In this document: positions 20,338 to 34,500 of the stretch, one piece after another
Numbering within the stretch: the stretch's first letter is position 1
How the letters are laid out: every line of letters starts with the position of its first letter
Source of the DNA: Lytechinus pictus
Taxonomy: Eukaryota
Assembly: GCF_037042905.1 (NCBI RefSeq)
Contig: NC_087251.1
Coordinates: forward strand, 42,286,001 to 42,350,000
DNA: 64,000 bases
Direction of reading: 5' to 3'
Made by a program: the position numbers and the translations under genes
The notes under the pieces: generated by a model
The model's input: only the letters and a program-made list of their open reading frames with translations
Databases searched by the model: none
Told to the model about the DNA's origin: nothing

Positions 20338-21563
20338 TCAAGCGGATCGGGAGAAGGGGGTGCTCCTTTCCCTCTCTTTTCCAATACACCGGGTGAGTTA
20401 TGTATATCTCATCAATATTGATTTTATAACAAACTACTTAAAATCCCCATTTCATGACAGATTATAAAAAAATTCGGCTTACGATTTGTGCTCGCATTGA
20501 TTGTTGAAAATATATTAAATCGTGCATCATAATTACAAAAGTGCTTTAAATGTCTATTTTTCAAGCCATAATATTAACAGATTACGCGCTCTCATTAGGC
20601 TTATTAGACTAATAAATAAGATATTAATTTAGTAATCACTATGTCCTTGTTTTCAGAATGGAATATCGACAAGTTCTATTTCATGCTTAGGAAGAGAAAT
20701 AGGAAGACAGTCATCATTTTCATTTGATGACATAATGTTCTTAGGATGTCCCGGTCCTATAAACTCAAAGGAATAATATTGAAACATATCGGCTTTTTTA
20801 AAACTGTGATCCAAATCCACCTCACAATTGTCCTACAAAGTGCTTGAAATACAGAGATTAAATTGTCCCTTTTTCAGATCGGAATATCAAATACTTTAAG
20901 CTCGCGCTTTTTGCGCTCGCTTTATTGATTTTCATGATGTAAAAGGTATTTAGAATGCCCAGATTCTAGGTCGCGCATGTTTATTCAGATACGCAGCTTG
21001 TTCACTATTTAAATCATCCAAATATCAAACATTTTGTGCTCGCATTATAAGATTTCCAATTATCATTTTCATGATTTACACAAAATGATCAGAGTGTCCC
21101 ATTTTTGGGTGTAAATCTCGATTTTTTTTCCGCACGCGCTTCGCGCTCGCATCAATTGTTTATTCATTTACTTATTATTATCACGATTACAAAAAGTGCT
21201 TAGAATTTCCGTACTTCGTCTAGAAATGTCAAAATTTTCAGCCCACGCCTTTCGCTCGCATTATTTGATTGTTGAAAAATGTAAGGTAGTTGCGGTGGAT
21301 ACACATCTGTCTTAGGATCACAAACATTGCCCAGAATATTTAGATTTTAGGACAAAATACTTTGCACTCGCACTAATCAAATAAGGCTTATGAGATTATT
21401 ATATATTTATGTTGATTTATAAGAATAAAGCTTAGACTATTATAATAAAAGACTACCCCTTCAAAGATACAAACGAAAATCAACTTCGAGTGGCCGATCG
21501 GGAAAATGTGGCTAAAAAAATTCGGCTCCCCCCCCATATTGGCAAAGGCTGGATCCGCCCCTG
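20338..21563. mobile_element. Non-autonomous DNA transposon with many CGCGCTCGC/GTGCTCGCA subterminal motifs
   Basis: Right end GGATCCGCCCCTG matches the termini of the element at 44169-44438; left end degenerate; dispersed GCTCGC motifs. Confidence 0.5.
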
Positions 21564-22492
21564 TCTACTGATAGCTCTTGAAGGGGGGGGGGGATGAGTT
21601 ACCCTTGAATATTATTGTTGAATATTCAGCTCAATATATTGCTTTGACCCCCATCCCTTCACACACGTTTTGTATATCCCCGTCTACTAACAGCTCTGGG
21701 GGGACCATTTTTTTTTTAACTCAACATAATTATTGCTCTCACACCCCCCCCCCCCGATCAGATGAATTACGCCACTTGACGTGCGTGATTTCAATTGCAA
21801 TATAGCCCCAAGATCCACTGACTATTTATTTAGCTTACACATTAAAAAAAACTGGAGAGTTGTCAAACTCAACACAAATATACAATAAAATAACAACAAA
21901 ATAACATACTATAGAAAAAAAGTATTAAAAAAATTGAGAACTTAGTACAATAAAGATAATAAAATGTTGAAATTTTTTACCCCCGTCTCCCACACTCGAT
22001 CTATTACGTATTAGACAATGATATGAAATTATGCTGATCTGCCTTTATTTGCGCACGACATTCTTAACTAAAGTCATGATATGACCATTGATATAATGGA
22101 TTATAAATTTTCATAGTTTGATCACACCATATCCACTTTAAATCCCTGGAAATTCCAGCAACAATACATGTTGTCATGGTACGACACACATTTTCTTTAT
22201 TGAAAAGTATCACGACACCAACGTTGAAACTGTGCAAAGGTCTTTAATGGCGAACTCCACTGGGTTGATACCATATATCTCTATGGTTGATACATAGCCT
22301 ATGGGTGATGAACATACGTGTTGTATGCAATTGATGTTGTCTAGTTATTACAGAAGACACCATTGGTCAAAAACTCTATCTGTATGAAGTTTAGGCCAAT
22401 CAGAAGAATTGATCCAAACCTTACAGATTTTCTCACATTTTTTGTATGGAGCTCGCCTTGACGAGATCTGAGCGGCAGATCTAGCCTTAGTT

Positions 22493-22528
22493 ATGGATGA
22501 AAATCTGGATTTTACGTCTCAAAAAAGA
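22493..22528 (+). CDS. IFT43: IFT43 candidate first coding exon ([12 protein letters not shown])
   Basis: ATG...AGA|GTGAGT phase 0 fits the next exon; CCAAT at ~22397 upstream. Confidence 0.65.
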
Positions 22529-25500
22529 GTGAGTTGTCAACTTTGTAATAGATTTAGGTTTATGATAACTACTTTTAGGTACAAGCAATGAATTGTTCAG
22601 TGCTGTCTCTGCTCAGAGTCGTTTCGTGATGGCTAAGCCTAACTTAACCCACACTTGGGCTGGCTACACCGACTAACCAGAAACCAGGGAGCTCCGCCGC
22701 CTGCGATGCCGGCGTCATTGAACCCTGTTCTCGATACGTATTCGCGGGTGCGGCGGAGCTCAAGTCAAGAGAAGCTGGGTGATTTATGATGGTGATTTCA
22801 AGTCCGGTGTAGAATCTGTAGGCCTAGTTCCCATTGTAAGTGGAGCCAACACAGTCCAGCGGAACAACCAAAATACATAGTCATAGAGTAAAAAAGGCAG
22901 CTTTTTTGCCTCTGGCTGACTAGACAGCTGGCAGTGCATAGACCAAAAGCTTCGGTCTCTGTTATGTTGGTTGTTCAGCTGAACTCCGTTGGCTTCACTC
23001 ACCAAATACAGAGACCGAAGTTCTAGCGCGATCTGTACAGGGGACTCAATGGCCATATGTTTATGTAGGCCCCCTACTTAAGATCGGATAAAACGGGGAA
23101 GTGAATTTGCGCGACAGCCGAGGTAAGTCACTGTTTTTGTTCCTTTTAACTTGATTTTTCTCCGTTTTTTGGCAATTGATGCCAAGAGGGAATATTAATT
23201 TGCATTTTGGTCGCGTGAATTTTCAAAATTTTTACTCATTAAAGACAAAAATTGAAGAGCCCCGACGGGGGGATTTTGCATTGCAAGTCCCCTAATGGTG
23301 GCTGCACGCTAGCGAGCCGTCTGTGTATGAGGAGAAATTTAAAAAAAAAAAAAATGTTAAAAAACTCCTCGAAACAGACGGCTGCCAGCTGTCTAGCAGT
23401 GCAGTGCCAGTGGCAGCCATCTGTTTCATATTCAAGTTTCAACACTGACTGTCTAAAAAACAGTTAGGCCTAGAGGAATTTAAAAAAAATGTAACATCTT
23501 AATTTTTCTTTTAAATTCTCCTCGTACACAGACGGCTCACGTTCGTGCAGCCGCCATTAGGGGGTTAACAATGCAAAATCTCCCCGACGGGGCTCATCGA
23601 TTTTTGTCTTTATTTCATCAGTAGATCGGGCGCACGGCCAATATGGGAGACTCTTCAATATGGGAGATAATCTCCCATATTACTATTAGAGACTTGCTTT
23701 GCAAAAGAACATAAGAAACAACACCAACAAAAGCGTAATAATTTCCACCCCAAATTTTGCCTCACTGAGGTCAGAAGCCCATTCGTTTTGTGTGTGGATG
23801 ACAACAAAAATCCTTATCAAAACAAAAGTAGACAGTGAAAAGGGGTAATTTTTCATGAGGAATCTGTTTATCACATTTTTATTTGCCGCCAAGGTAGTTG
23901 TTGTTGTTGTTGTTCGTTTTGGGCCTGTTTCACGCCCTAGTAGGCCTAGTCCTTTTGAAGCAAATGTAAACAAAGGAAATTGGTCTCCCAAACTGGAGAC
24001 TGTCTCTGAAATTGGATACCCAAATTCTTTACAAAAGTCTCTGATATTGGAAATAATCTTTCTCATGGGAGACAGTCTCCGATATTGGCCGTGCGCCTCT
24101 CCTGTTCATAAAAATATATAAAAGAACTGGACCAAAATAAAGTCCAAAGATTATTAATAATAATATTCCTTTTTGGCCTGAAATTAGGAAGACTAGAATC
24201 TATGTGAAATGAAAATTTTAGCTTGATTAATTCTTGGCAAATTTGATATCAACTGAAAGGTCTAGTCTATAGGAAAGACAAGTGCAGTAGTTTTTGAATT
24301 GTTAAAATCTGATGGTTATTACAGTATTTTAAAAATCGCAAAACATTGCTTTTTTGGTAAATGAAATTGCATTGTACAGTAGATCTAGATCTCTGGGACA
24401 GATCTACAAAAGGAAGATGGACATACCAACTCCAGCCCACAGTTGCCAGGAAGAATGCACACAGCTCTCTTCCAAGATCCACAGAAGTGACGTTGATGAG
24501 GATGCTCACAGGACATACCAAACTCAATGACAATATGCACAGAATTTTCCCTCACAACCACCCTTCACCTAACTGCAGTTGCAACAGAGACAGGGAAACT
24601 ATAGAGCAGCCATTCTCAATTACTTTTTTTGGAAGCGCCACATTTCTTGTCGAGAATCTGTAATGCTCCACTATCCATTACGCAATCCAGCAATGTATCA
24701 GCGGAGGGGGTCCAGAGGCCCCTGGTGGGGGTCGAAGGGGCAGAGCCCCCAGAAGTTTTGGAATATGAGGCCTTTTAAATTGCCCAAATGGGCTCTAATT
24801 AATATCAACGGACGAAATACAAATGCCAACAAACTACACAATATTAATATTAAAAGAAAAATGACCAGTGACTTTTTCACAACATACCAATGATACCACT
24901 AGTTCAGACTGTTCTGCACCAGATCTATTGGCTGAAGCAAGTGGCATAATGAGTAAAAAAAAATGAGGGGGCTAGATATGGCAGCTGAAGCAAAACTATT
25001 GAACTTTTCAATATAAAAATCTATATTTTGACATATTAAGATAATATTTACAATATTCCACTCTTTCCCTTTCCTTTTCTTTCCTTTTCTCCTTTTTTCT
25101 TGGCCGTGAAACATTTGGCCCCCCAATTCCCACCCCCATCTGTACGCCAGTGGCTGAAGTTACATTCCCCGATTTGCAAGGGCTGGAAATTAGGCGTTGC
25201 ACTGCACTATAGCGCTCCAAACTGCCCCCCCCCCCCTCTAGATCACGTGCAGTATCATTCGTGTGCATGTAGGTAATCACGGCAGGCAATACATCTGAGC
25301 ATACATGTATTTCACTTTTACAACTTCGGATTTTAATAATAATAATAATAATACATAGGATTTATATAGCGTTTTTTCCATTTTGATTTGCTCAAGGCGC
25401 TTTAGGAGAGCAAAACATCGGCTCCGGAAACAAAGTTTCTGCTTGTTATGTCTCAAATTCATAATCTTTTATGATCAGGATGTTCTTTGAATATCACGTT

Positions 25501-28500
25501 ATTTGATGTTTAACTCTTAACCAAAACGTATACTCTGGAAATGCAAAATTTCTCGCCGTTGAAATAGAAATCCTACAAACGGGGTTTTCAGATCACTTGT
25601 GTGGCATATAAACTTTGTACAGCATAGAATGAATAAAAAGGAGAACACCATCGATCCTCCATAATAGGCCGGGTTATCGAGTGCTAAATTTGAAGAAAAA
25701 AAATGAGGATATAAATTAGCAATTAAGTGTCAAGTAAAGAGTTTTTGTTTTTTCTTTGTATCAAAATGATCACCAAATCCTTATTTCCAGGTTACTGGTA
25801 GATACATTTTTTCTCCCCAATGTTTCTTTATTTTTACTATTTTTAATACCAGCTCCCAAGCGCCACTCCGCAAGGCTCGGTGCGCCACAAGTGGCGCGCG
25901 CGCCACCATTTGAGAATCCCTGCTATAGAGCATGTCCTTCTACTAGTGCTGCAAGTCAGGCGCCATGTTCGGGTTCGGTTCGGTTCGGCAAGGTTCGGCA
26001 GAAATTTGCCGAACATTGGTTCGGTTCGGGGTTCGGTAATGATAGACTGATAAAGCTATAGTTCATTCAGGTACGTAGCGTACCGGTAGCAATTTGTACT
26101 TGATTGACTGCATGTGCTCGCGTGTACCTCTGTCACATCAAACCATTTTATCTCTATCTTGTTGACATGAAACTATGAAAGTTATAGCGCTCAACGAATC
26201 AACTGTTATCTCGAATTTGATTATCTGATGACAGATTTATTGGGTAACTCACAGTTCTAAAATGGCGACTCTTCCTAGTCGTCCATACCTGGACCACACT
26301 TTGGATACTTGCCAAATTAACTACGCTCGCACTCGTACCAGCTTAGTCTAGTTCTAGACGATATTAAACGAATTTGTTTTCACCGATATATACGTTCTAT
26401 TCCGTGCGTACGCCCAGCCGAGTGTGCGCGCAAAACCGAATATTTTTCTCGGAGTACAGGTTCTCGGTTTTGCGCGCACACTCGGCGGGGCGTACGCACG
26501 GAATAGAACGTATATATCGGTGAAAACAAATTCGTTTAATATCGTCTAGAACTAGACTAGTACCAGCTAGGCCATGCCAGCGCATGCAGTCCCCTTGTAG
26601 CGGGAATCTGAGCTCATGAATATTCATATATACAGTCCGTCCAAACGTGATTGGCAATTGCATCACATACGAGGCGGCCAGCGCCAGTGCACTGAACTGT
26701 AGGCATAGTCGGGCCAGGGGCGTGTCGAAGAAAGCGTGCTTATGTAATGCGCCTTTCGCTAATTGGCTCGATGGGTGAACTAAACCACCAATCGCATGTC
26801 GCTGATTGTCGCATCGGTACATACAGCCACGTGCTTTGTCTGCTCGCGAAACTCAGCTCACTGATTGAAGAGCAATTCCCGAGATTTCTATGATTTCATT
26901 GGTCAGATTTCATTCGACCATAAACATACAGACCAAGTGGGATGCAAAGTTTTACGACTGTAATGGGATAGGGGGAGTAGAGTGATCATCGAATTGTTTA
27001 TGGTTAATTTGAGAAGTTGATAAGAAAGGGAAAAAAAGTAAAGAATGGGGGTCATTTTCCCCCAAGAGATGAATGTTTCCGCATGGCTTTATCTTCATTT
27101 AACTTGTCAACGAGGGGGAAGGGGATCTTGCTATATTCTATACCGTAATCATTCATGAGTGTTTGATTTTTATTTTCATCTGATTGTTTAATAATAAAAA
27201 AGATAACTTCACCTCATCTCATTTCTATATTATTTGTTTTGCGTCTCTCCTTTCCATCTCTAACAGTCACTCACTTTATTTCCCACTTTCACTGGATCTC
27301 TCGTTTTCAAAACTCTTTACTTCTCTCTAAAATCATGAAAACTAGACAGTAGCGAGCCGACACCTCAATAATAATGTAAATCACCTCAATCAGATCTTTA
27401 TTCTCCGCCGCAACAATAAACGAGTTACGATCTTAATCACATCGTATCGTAATTCGTAATATTAATGGTACTTCATCTTTCACTTTCAGTTTATTGAGCT
27501 CGTTCATTCAAAATACTTTGAAGATTTTCAAACAAGAATCTTGTTCGCCACCTAAAAACAACAATATTTTAGATAATTAGATTTAACCAATGAACACTCA
27601 AACAGTTTTGGTTTTCTTTACCATGCTTCGGCGATTCGGCCACAGAGCGAGAGATGATGAAAGCCAGTAAAATGATTATAGCGCAAGCTCGCGCAACATC
27701 GTTCATCGGATCTCCTTTCTTAATCAGGGCCGTAAAAACCACAATGTCAACATGAAAATGAAAACAAAATCTAGTAACCGCAAAATAAGCGCATACTTCC
27801 AACATACAATTGCAAAGAAGATTAAATAGAGAATGCGCAAATATAATGATTAGAAAGGGTGTAAACTTATAAATTTATTAGCTGAAAGCCGTTTTTTTTT
27901 TTTTTTTGCCGAACTTCCGAACCAAGTCTTAGTGTTCGGTTCGGTTCTGTTCGGTTCGGAAGTGCCATGTTCGGCGAACTACCGTTCGGTTCGGCGGTTC
28001 GGCTACAGCACTACCTTCTACTCTGTCCACTCTATGATTCCAGTAGACTGAAGATGATACAGACCATAGAGATAGGATACAGCAAAACTAACGCTCCATA
28101 CCATCTCAGAGAGATCTCAGTGGTCACCCTGTTAGGTTCCAACCCTGCAATGACCAAGCAAATGCAATCTATTATTAGAGCATCGGTGGTAGCATTTGTC
28201 TCATCCACCAGCGCTAACATCTAGCTACCTAACTAGCCAACAAAACAATTACCTAGCAGTTTTTCTACCTTTGAGTTCTCAACACCAAGTGTCTACCAAG
28301 GAGACTACTAGGACGTGAAATAGGCCCAAAACGAACAACAACAACAACAAATAGATCTCTATATCAATAGGACATATAAAAATGTGACTGTAGAATTGGT
28401 GAGTGGAGCCAACAGAGTTCAGCAGAAAAACCAATAACAGAGAACAAAGCGTTTAGGTCTAATCCAGATCACATTATTGACATCTGTCTGAACTACGTGT

Positions 28501-31500
28501 TGTTCTTGTAGAAACATGGCGGGCGATAATTTGTTAATGCACTTATACATGAGAACACAGGAGGCCCTATGGAAAACTTTGCTTAGAGAGGGCCAATTCA
28601 GTTCTTTAGATACAATTTTTAATTTGGACCGTGTCATCCATGCGCGATTTGATACCAAGTATACTGCCCTTTTATGTAATCTGTTCAGCATGTCATAATC
28701 AGGGTAGGAATTAATTTTTTTTTTTTAGGGGCTACTTTTTTTTTATATTGGGGCTACCACTGAATATCTTGGGGCTATTTTCTAATTCATGGGGCTACTT
28801 TTTTAATCGCATATCAGCAATTACCTTTTGACATTCCGAGACTCAATGTGATGCCTAAATAAGCTCAGAACATTTTTAACTGTAATTACTGTAGGCTACA
28901 GGCCTTACAATAAACAACAGTGATCCCACCAGAGCAGTGGCGTACCTAGGATTTTTCACAGGGGGGGCAAATTCGTCCGCCCAAAAATGTGACAAGCCCC
29001 CCCCAAAAAAGTCTTCAACCACAAATATAGGATTTCGTACCCATAAGCAAAAAAAAAAAAAAAAGTGCATGGGTTGTGACTCGTCAGGGGGGCAGACTGC
29101 CCCCCGCCCCCCCCCCCCCCCCCCCCCCGTAGGTACGCTAGTGCACCAGAGTTGCCTTCAGCTTCACACACTTCAGATTCGAGCCAATCGAGGCCCCAAG
29201 ACTTTATTGTCGATTGTCTCTGTACAGTACTGTTTCTCTTTTGGCTTATCCTTCTCAACAGTATCTCGATTTGGAGAGGCTTCTGGCGCTGGCTCTGGCC
29301 GTTTGGCAGAGCCAGGTTGAACTCGAATTAGAAACTTATCAATCTCGCACTCCGACTCGACGATGTCGATAATCAGCGCTGTCACAATCACCAGCTGATA
29401 GCATACAATTCTGTGCATGCCTAAGTACACATAATATACTGTACGATGCACGTGGTCTCGTTACCAGCTGTGCAGTCTAATCGTGCACACGTACATGTAC
29501 ATAAGCCATGCGGCAAGTGCGTCAACAATTCTAAAAACCCCGTGCTAAAGACTATGCGTACTCCGCATCCCATATTGCATTGCGCGTTTATTTACAATCG
29601 CGAAGCTTCCGGTGTTACGAAAGGTTCGGATATTGCATCGACCGTTCAACTTAAAGCTGGCAAGGGCGATATAAAAGATGCGCTTGCTCCGCCGCCGGAG
29701 AACGTAATTATGTGAACTATTTTTTACATTGTCGATGGTATTTTATTGGGGCGATTCTGAAATAAATAGTCGCCCCAAAGCATTGGGTTTTGAGAATTTT
29801 TAGGGGCGTCGCCCCCGTGTAATTCCGACCCTGGTCATAATTTCCTTCTGATCTGCCATACCAAACATGATGAATAGAGGTGATTCAAGTTTCACAACAA
29901 AGAAGCAATAAAGGGGTATAATAGTCAATTGCTATACTTTTGTAAGGTTTCAATATGAGAATAATGTTTTAATATCGTTTACATTGAAGCTTTGCCAGAG
30001 CTTAACCTTATTATAAACAAACTTAGGGTTGCTATTGAAAAAAAAATAAATTGCGAACTATGGATCATGGACATTCATGAAGTAGATCGGTTGACGGAGG
30101 TGTCAGGAGTCACAGTTCAGTATAACATGTAATCAGAATCCCACATGATGGCACATCTACTATTTATGTTCATTTATTCAGAAGCAAGAAGGACTTTTCC
30201 AAAAAAAAAAATACAATTCACTGATTTTAAGGCTTGATATTAACTTTAGATTAAATAAGGTAAGACAAATATGTTGAAAGAAATGATTAATGTGCGTCTT
30301 TTGTAACTTTCACAGAGTGCCAAGCAGGGCCGCAGAGCACGCAAAGCAGCCCAAGAAGCAGCTCAATCTAATGGTGACATTGGAGGGGATGAATCGGCAG
30401 AAGATTTGGTAGGACATCCCCCTCCTCCACAGAATCAGGTAAACAGATTGGTCCTTACTCCCCCCACACCCATTTTAGGGGTTACTCCACTTTATTAATA
30501 CACCAGTGTAACGAGAAAGTATGTTAAAGAGGTAGTCTTTGCTGGTTAGATGCAGCGCAGACATGACAAAATTAAAAAATGTTCGGATTATCTTATTATC
30601 AGAAGTAAAAATGAAATGTATCTGGAATTTGAGGGTTGAGTAATTCATTTTGTAGGTTATTCTTTTCTCCACACCAATGTGGATTTCCTTGCAACCTGAA
30701 TTTCCTTGATTACCACAAGTGGTTTGTTCTATAAGCTTTACACACATTTTTTTTTTTTTTGGGGGGGGGGGGCTGAAATGTTCACAGAGAGCACAGGAAA
30801 CATTTAACTATGCATGATGTGTGCATTTCTTTGTGTGCGTGCATGTGTGTTTCTGTATGTGTGGGTAATGTACAAACTTACACATCAATTCTCACTGACA
30901 GACTTTTATTGGATGTTGAGATTTAAGATCAATCTTGTTTTCATCTTACATCCTTCTGCTTTCTCACAAATGGATTTACGTACACATCAGGTAGCTGTAT
31001 CACATACATGTAATTGCATAAAGCTGTTTGTAATATTTTAAGTATGCATGACATTGTTAACGACGAATATACCAAGCTAAAAAATGAATATCTATCCTAA
31101 TTGCTGAGCCAATAAAGAACATCTGGGGAGTATTTCATGAAACAAATAGCGATTTTCACTGATTAAAAGCTAACAAAATCCTTGCATCTGATTGGCTGAG
31201 AGCAAAATTTGTAAGTGTAAATCACTATTTTGTTTTGTGAAACCCTCCCCATGTGTTGATAGACATATTTTGAATTACAAATAGTCTTGAAACAGCAAAA
31301 ATTTGAGGGTTTAATGCATTCTATTAATTAGTAATAAAATATGTTTACTCTGTACATATTAATTTTTTTGTAAAACATCCCCTCTTTCCTTTCTTGTTCC
31401 TTCTACTACCTACAGTTAACAACATTTTTGCCTTATAGGCTCACAGTAATCACAGTTATTTGAGTACATGGAAGCATTCTGATTTTCACTGATACCTGTT

Positions 31501-34500
31501 ATAAGCTACTGAAATCATTGAATCTGATTGGCTCAGAACAAACATGTCGGTGAAAATCACTGACTACAGTATTTGCTAATTTTGCTTTGTGAAACACTCC
31601 CCATAATTGTGTTCATGAAGCTTCACAAATGATCATGCAACCATTTTCACTTGATATTAAACAGCAAGGGGTCTCATGGCAGCAGAAGAATTTAACTCTA
31701 AAGCTATCTCATTAATCCTTTGAAGCAAGAACTTCTTTATGATATCCAGGAGCCATTGTATTTGCATGTCTTCTTTACATGTCTTATCTCATCAGTTTGA
31801 TAAAGGGTAGGCGTGTGTGCTTGTGTGTGTGTGTGTATTGAGGTAGTGATACCAGGGTAATGTACATGTATGTAGATTTCCCTGGTTACACAATGCCAAT
31901 CCTGTACTTGAAGTTCTCTATACTACAGTCTGGTAAAATGTAGGTACAATGTTCAATCCAGCTTCATTTTTGCTGTTGCCGTGGTTTGAGGAAGCTGTTT
32001 CTGTTCAAGAATGCTCATTTCGTGGTTGTGAAATGGAATGATTTCAGCATGTGGCCAGATTTTGAGACAGGTGGTGTTTCTGTTACAGGATGACATCAAT
32101 CGACTTTTTCTTTCAGAAAGAATTTGCTAAACTCACCAGGAAAAATGTAAGATAACATTAATGAGGTTATTAACCTAATTGAGAAGATGTATGTACACTG
32201 TATGTGTACCCAAAGTAGAGACAAGCTTTTGTGTTAATCTAATGTAACAATGGATAAATGCTTGTAATTGTGATAAAATGCAATCTACTTTGCAACTGGT
32301 AGCTTACATGTACAGTATATATATTTTTTGCTTGAGTTCAGTTTATACAATTGGTATTGACATTTATATTCAGATGAATGTAAATGAGTTTGCTTTTTTA
32401 TTTCAGCAGTCAAGTGATTTGCTGATACCGTGAAAATATTAAGGTTTTATACTTAGGTGACAGACCCTCCTTGAGCTGCTATAAATCAGTTTGAAAAAAA
32501 TTCATGAATATTCATATATATATATATTGAATAAATTGTAGATTGTTTTGTATTTCCATTTTCTTCCCTCTTCCCCTATACCCTGATTTCCCCCCATGCC
32601 CCTCCCATCCCCATTACAGGTTACATCTGAAGATGGTCCAGCACGTCCTCCTAGAAGACAGATGGGATGGGGTGACGACACCGCCAAACCTGTAAGAAGC
32701 CGGTAAGTCACGCATGTTTTAACCCCCATCTTACTTGCAGTCGAACTTCCTTGCATGTATTATATTGGGTTGAATGTGAGATGGAAAAGGAAATGTACAT
32801 GGATGTCTAATTCAGATATGTAATTGATGATTCCATTTTGTCTCCCCTTGCTCAAATGTAATGAAAAGATGTTTATTTTACTTTGCTTGCATGAGCCGAG
32901 TATGATATATCCTAGAGTTTATCCTGAAATTCAATCAGTTATGCAAGCCTTTGAAATGGCTGTTGACATTTAAGATTAATAAAGAATCCAATACAGAGCA
33001 ATGCTGTGCACAGATTGTATGTGTTCAGGTCTGTGCATGTTCCCCTCGAAGATTATCTTCTTTTTCCCTGGTCATATTGACCAAAGCACACATTTTTAGG
33101 TGAATAATACTATCTTATTAACAGGATCTATTTGACCATTTGATTGTTTAATATCAAGCATGTCATCCGTTGTCTCGTGTCAGTTTGTCATATTTGTATA
33201 CCAATTAAATATAAGACATGTAACTATATTTAGTTTGATTTATCAATTAGAGATAATGTATTTTTAATTACTTGGAGATATTTTAAAAATGCTGACACCC
33301 ATGTTTAATTTTAACCATTCTGACATTTTGTGTTTGTACAGTGTATCCTAGTAAATGTGAATCCCTTTAAAGTTTACAAAGATAGTCTAGTGTAAATGAT
33401 GTTTATTAAACCTAAGGAAACATGTTTGTGATATGCTCATTTTAGTATTAGTAAGCATGAATTTATTCTTTATCAAATGCTTGAATTTCACACACAAAAA
33501 AAAAAAATCAGTGGAAACGTTGATGAATTGGAAGCATTTTCAGCAAAGTAAGTTCATTCTTTAGACACGAGGACTACTGCTTCTGTTTTCCAAAATGCAA
33601 TTTGTTGTGTGTGCTATAATTCTAAAAGTTATTTTTCCTATTCACTGGTTTTTAACATTTTGCTGATTTGCTGTTATTCTTTGTTTTCCTATTTCTTCCC
33701 TTCTCTGCTCTTATTTTTCAACGCATGAATTTAAATTCACACACTAATGGTTTTTACACTCATTAGTGCTTCCTTATGCACTCGTTTGTCCTACTTCACT
33801 GACTCAAATTTATGTTTCCATGGAAACGTGATATGAAAGACGTAAATATGTTTGAGAGCTTCAAGGATCTATGAGCTAGTCTCATAGATTTGACCTTTTT
33901 AAAATTGTTCAAACGATATTGACAATTTAAGAATTAGGTACAAATTGTACTCCATGTTTGCAACTATTTTGATGTGATGCAATATATTTGTTGTCTATCT
34001 TGTATCTTGCTACACATGATAGAATAGTGCTGTGTCGTGTGATAACTTTAATTTTTTCTGCAACTGGTGCGTTATGCATTGATTCACATTTGTTTTTTCT
34101 CATTTCTATCAACAAAAGTATTTTTTGTTTAACTGTGCAGGACAAAACTTTACATAAATCTTGTTGAATGAAAAGAAAAAAATTAGGTATCACATGAAAT
34201 GTTCAGAAGATTGAGGTTGGCCTACTTTCTTTTCAACACTCTTGTAAAACATAACCTCATTCTTTTTTAGTGACGATATTAATATAAAATCCATTTTCTT
34301 ATTTGACTTGAATACCAAATGACAAATACAAACGAATACCCTCTTTTTTAGGTGGGGGTATAAAGGGTGCTAAAAACAGTTGAAATTAATTGTTTGAAGA
34401 AAAAAATTGAGCACATCACTGAGTGAAACTATTCTATGTAATCCTGATATCCTCTTATGCATGTTTTTTTTCTTTTGAATTCTACTCATTTCCTATACAC

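Larger units (their letters stand above)
24395..28351 (+). mobile_element. 5'-truncated LINE (ORF2 C-terminal CCHC region, 3' UTR, (ACA)n tail), split by two hAT insertions
   Basis: 9-bp TSD TAGATCTCT (24386-24394 / 28352-28360); removing the inserts restores ...LTGHTKLN...[27 protein letters not shown]...ANI-stop. Confidence 0.85.
28419..30160 (-). mobile_element. Degenerate CR1/L2-group LINE ORF2 3' fragment, interrupted by the hAT at 28700-29833; right boundary approximate
   Basis: Translation [10 protein letters not shown]...KELNWPSL...[13 protein letters not shown] resembles the post-RT region of CR1-group LINEs. Confidence 0.55.

Noticed and set aside
22170..22185. RFX X-box-like GTTGTCATGGTAC upstream of IFT43
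   Set aside because: Plausible for a ciliary gene, but the right half-site is imperfect and conservation cannot be checked
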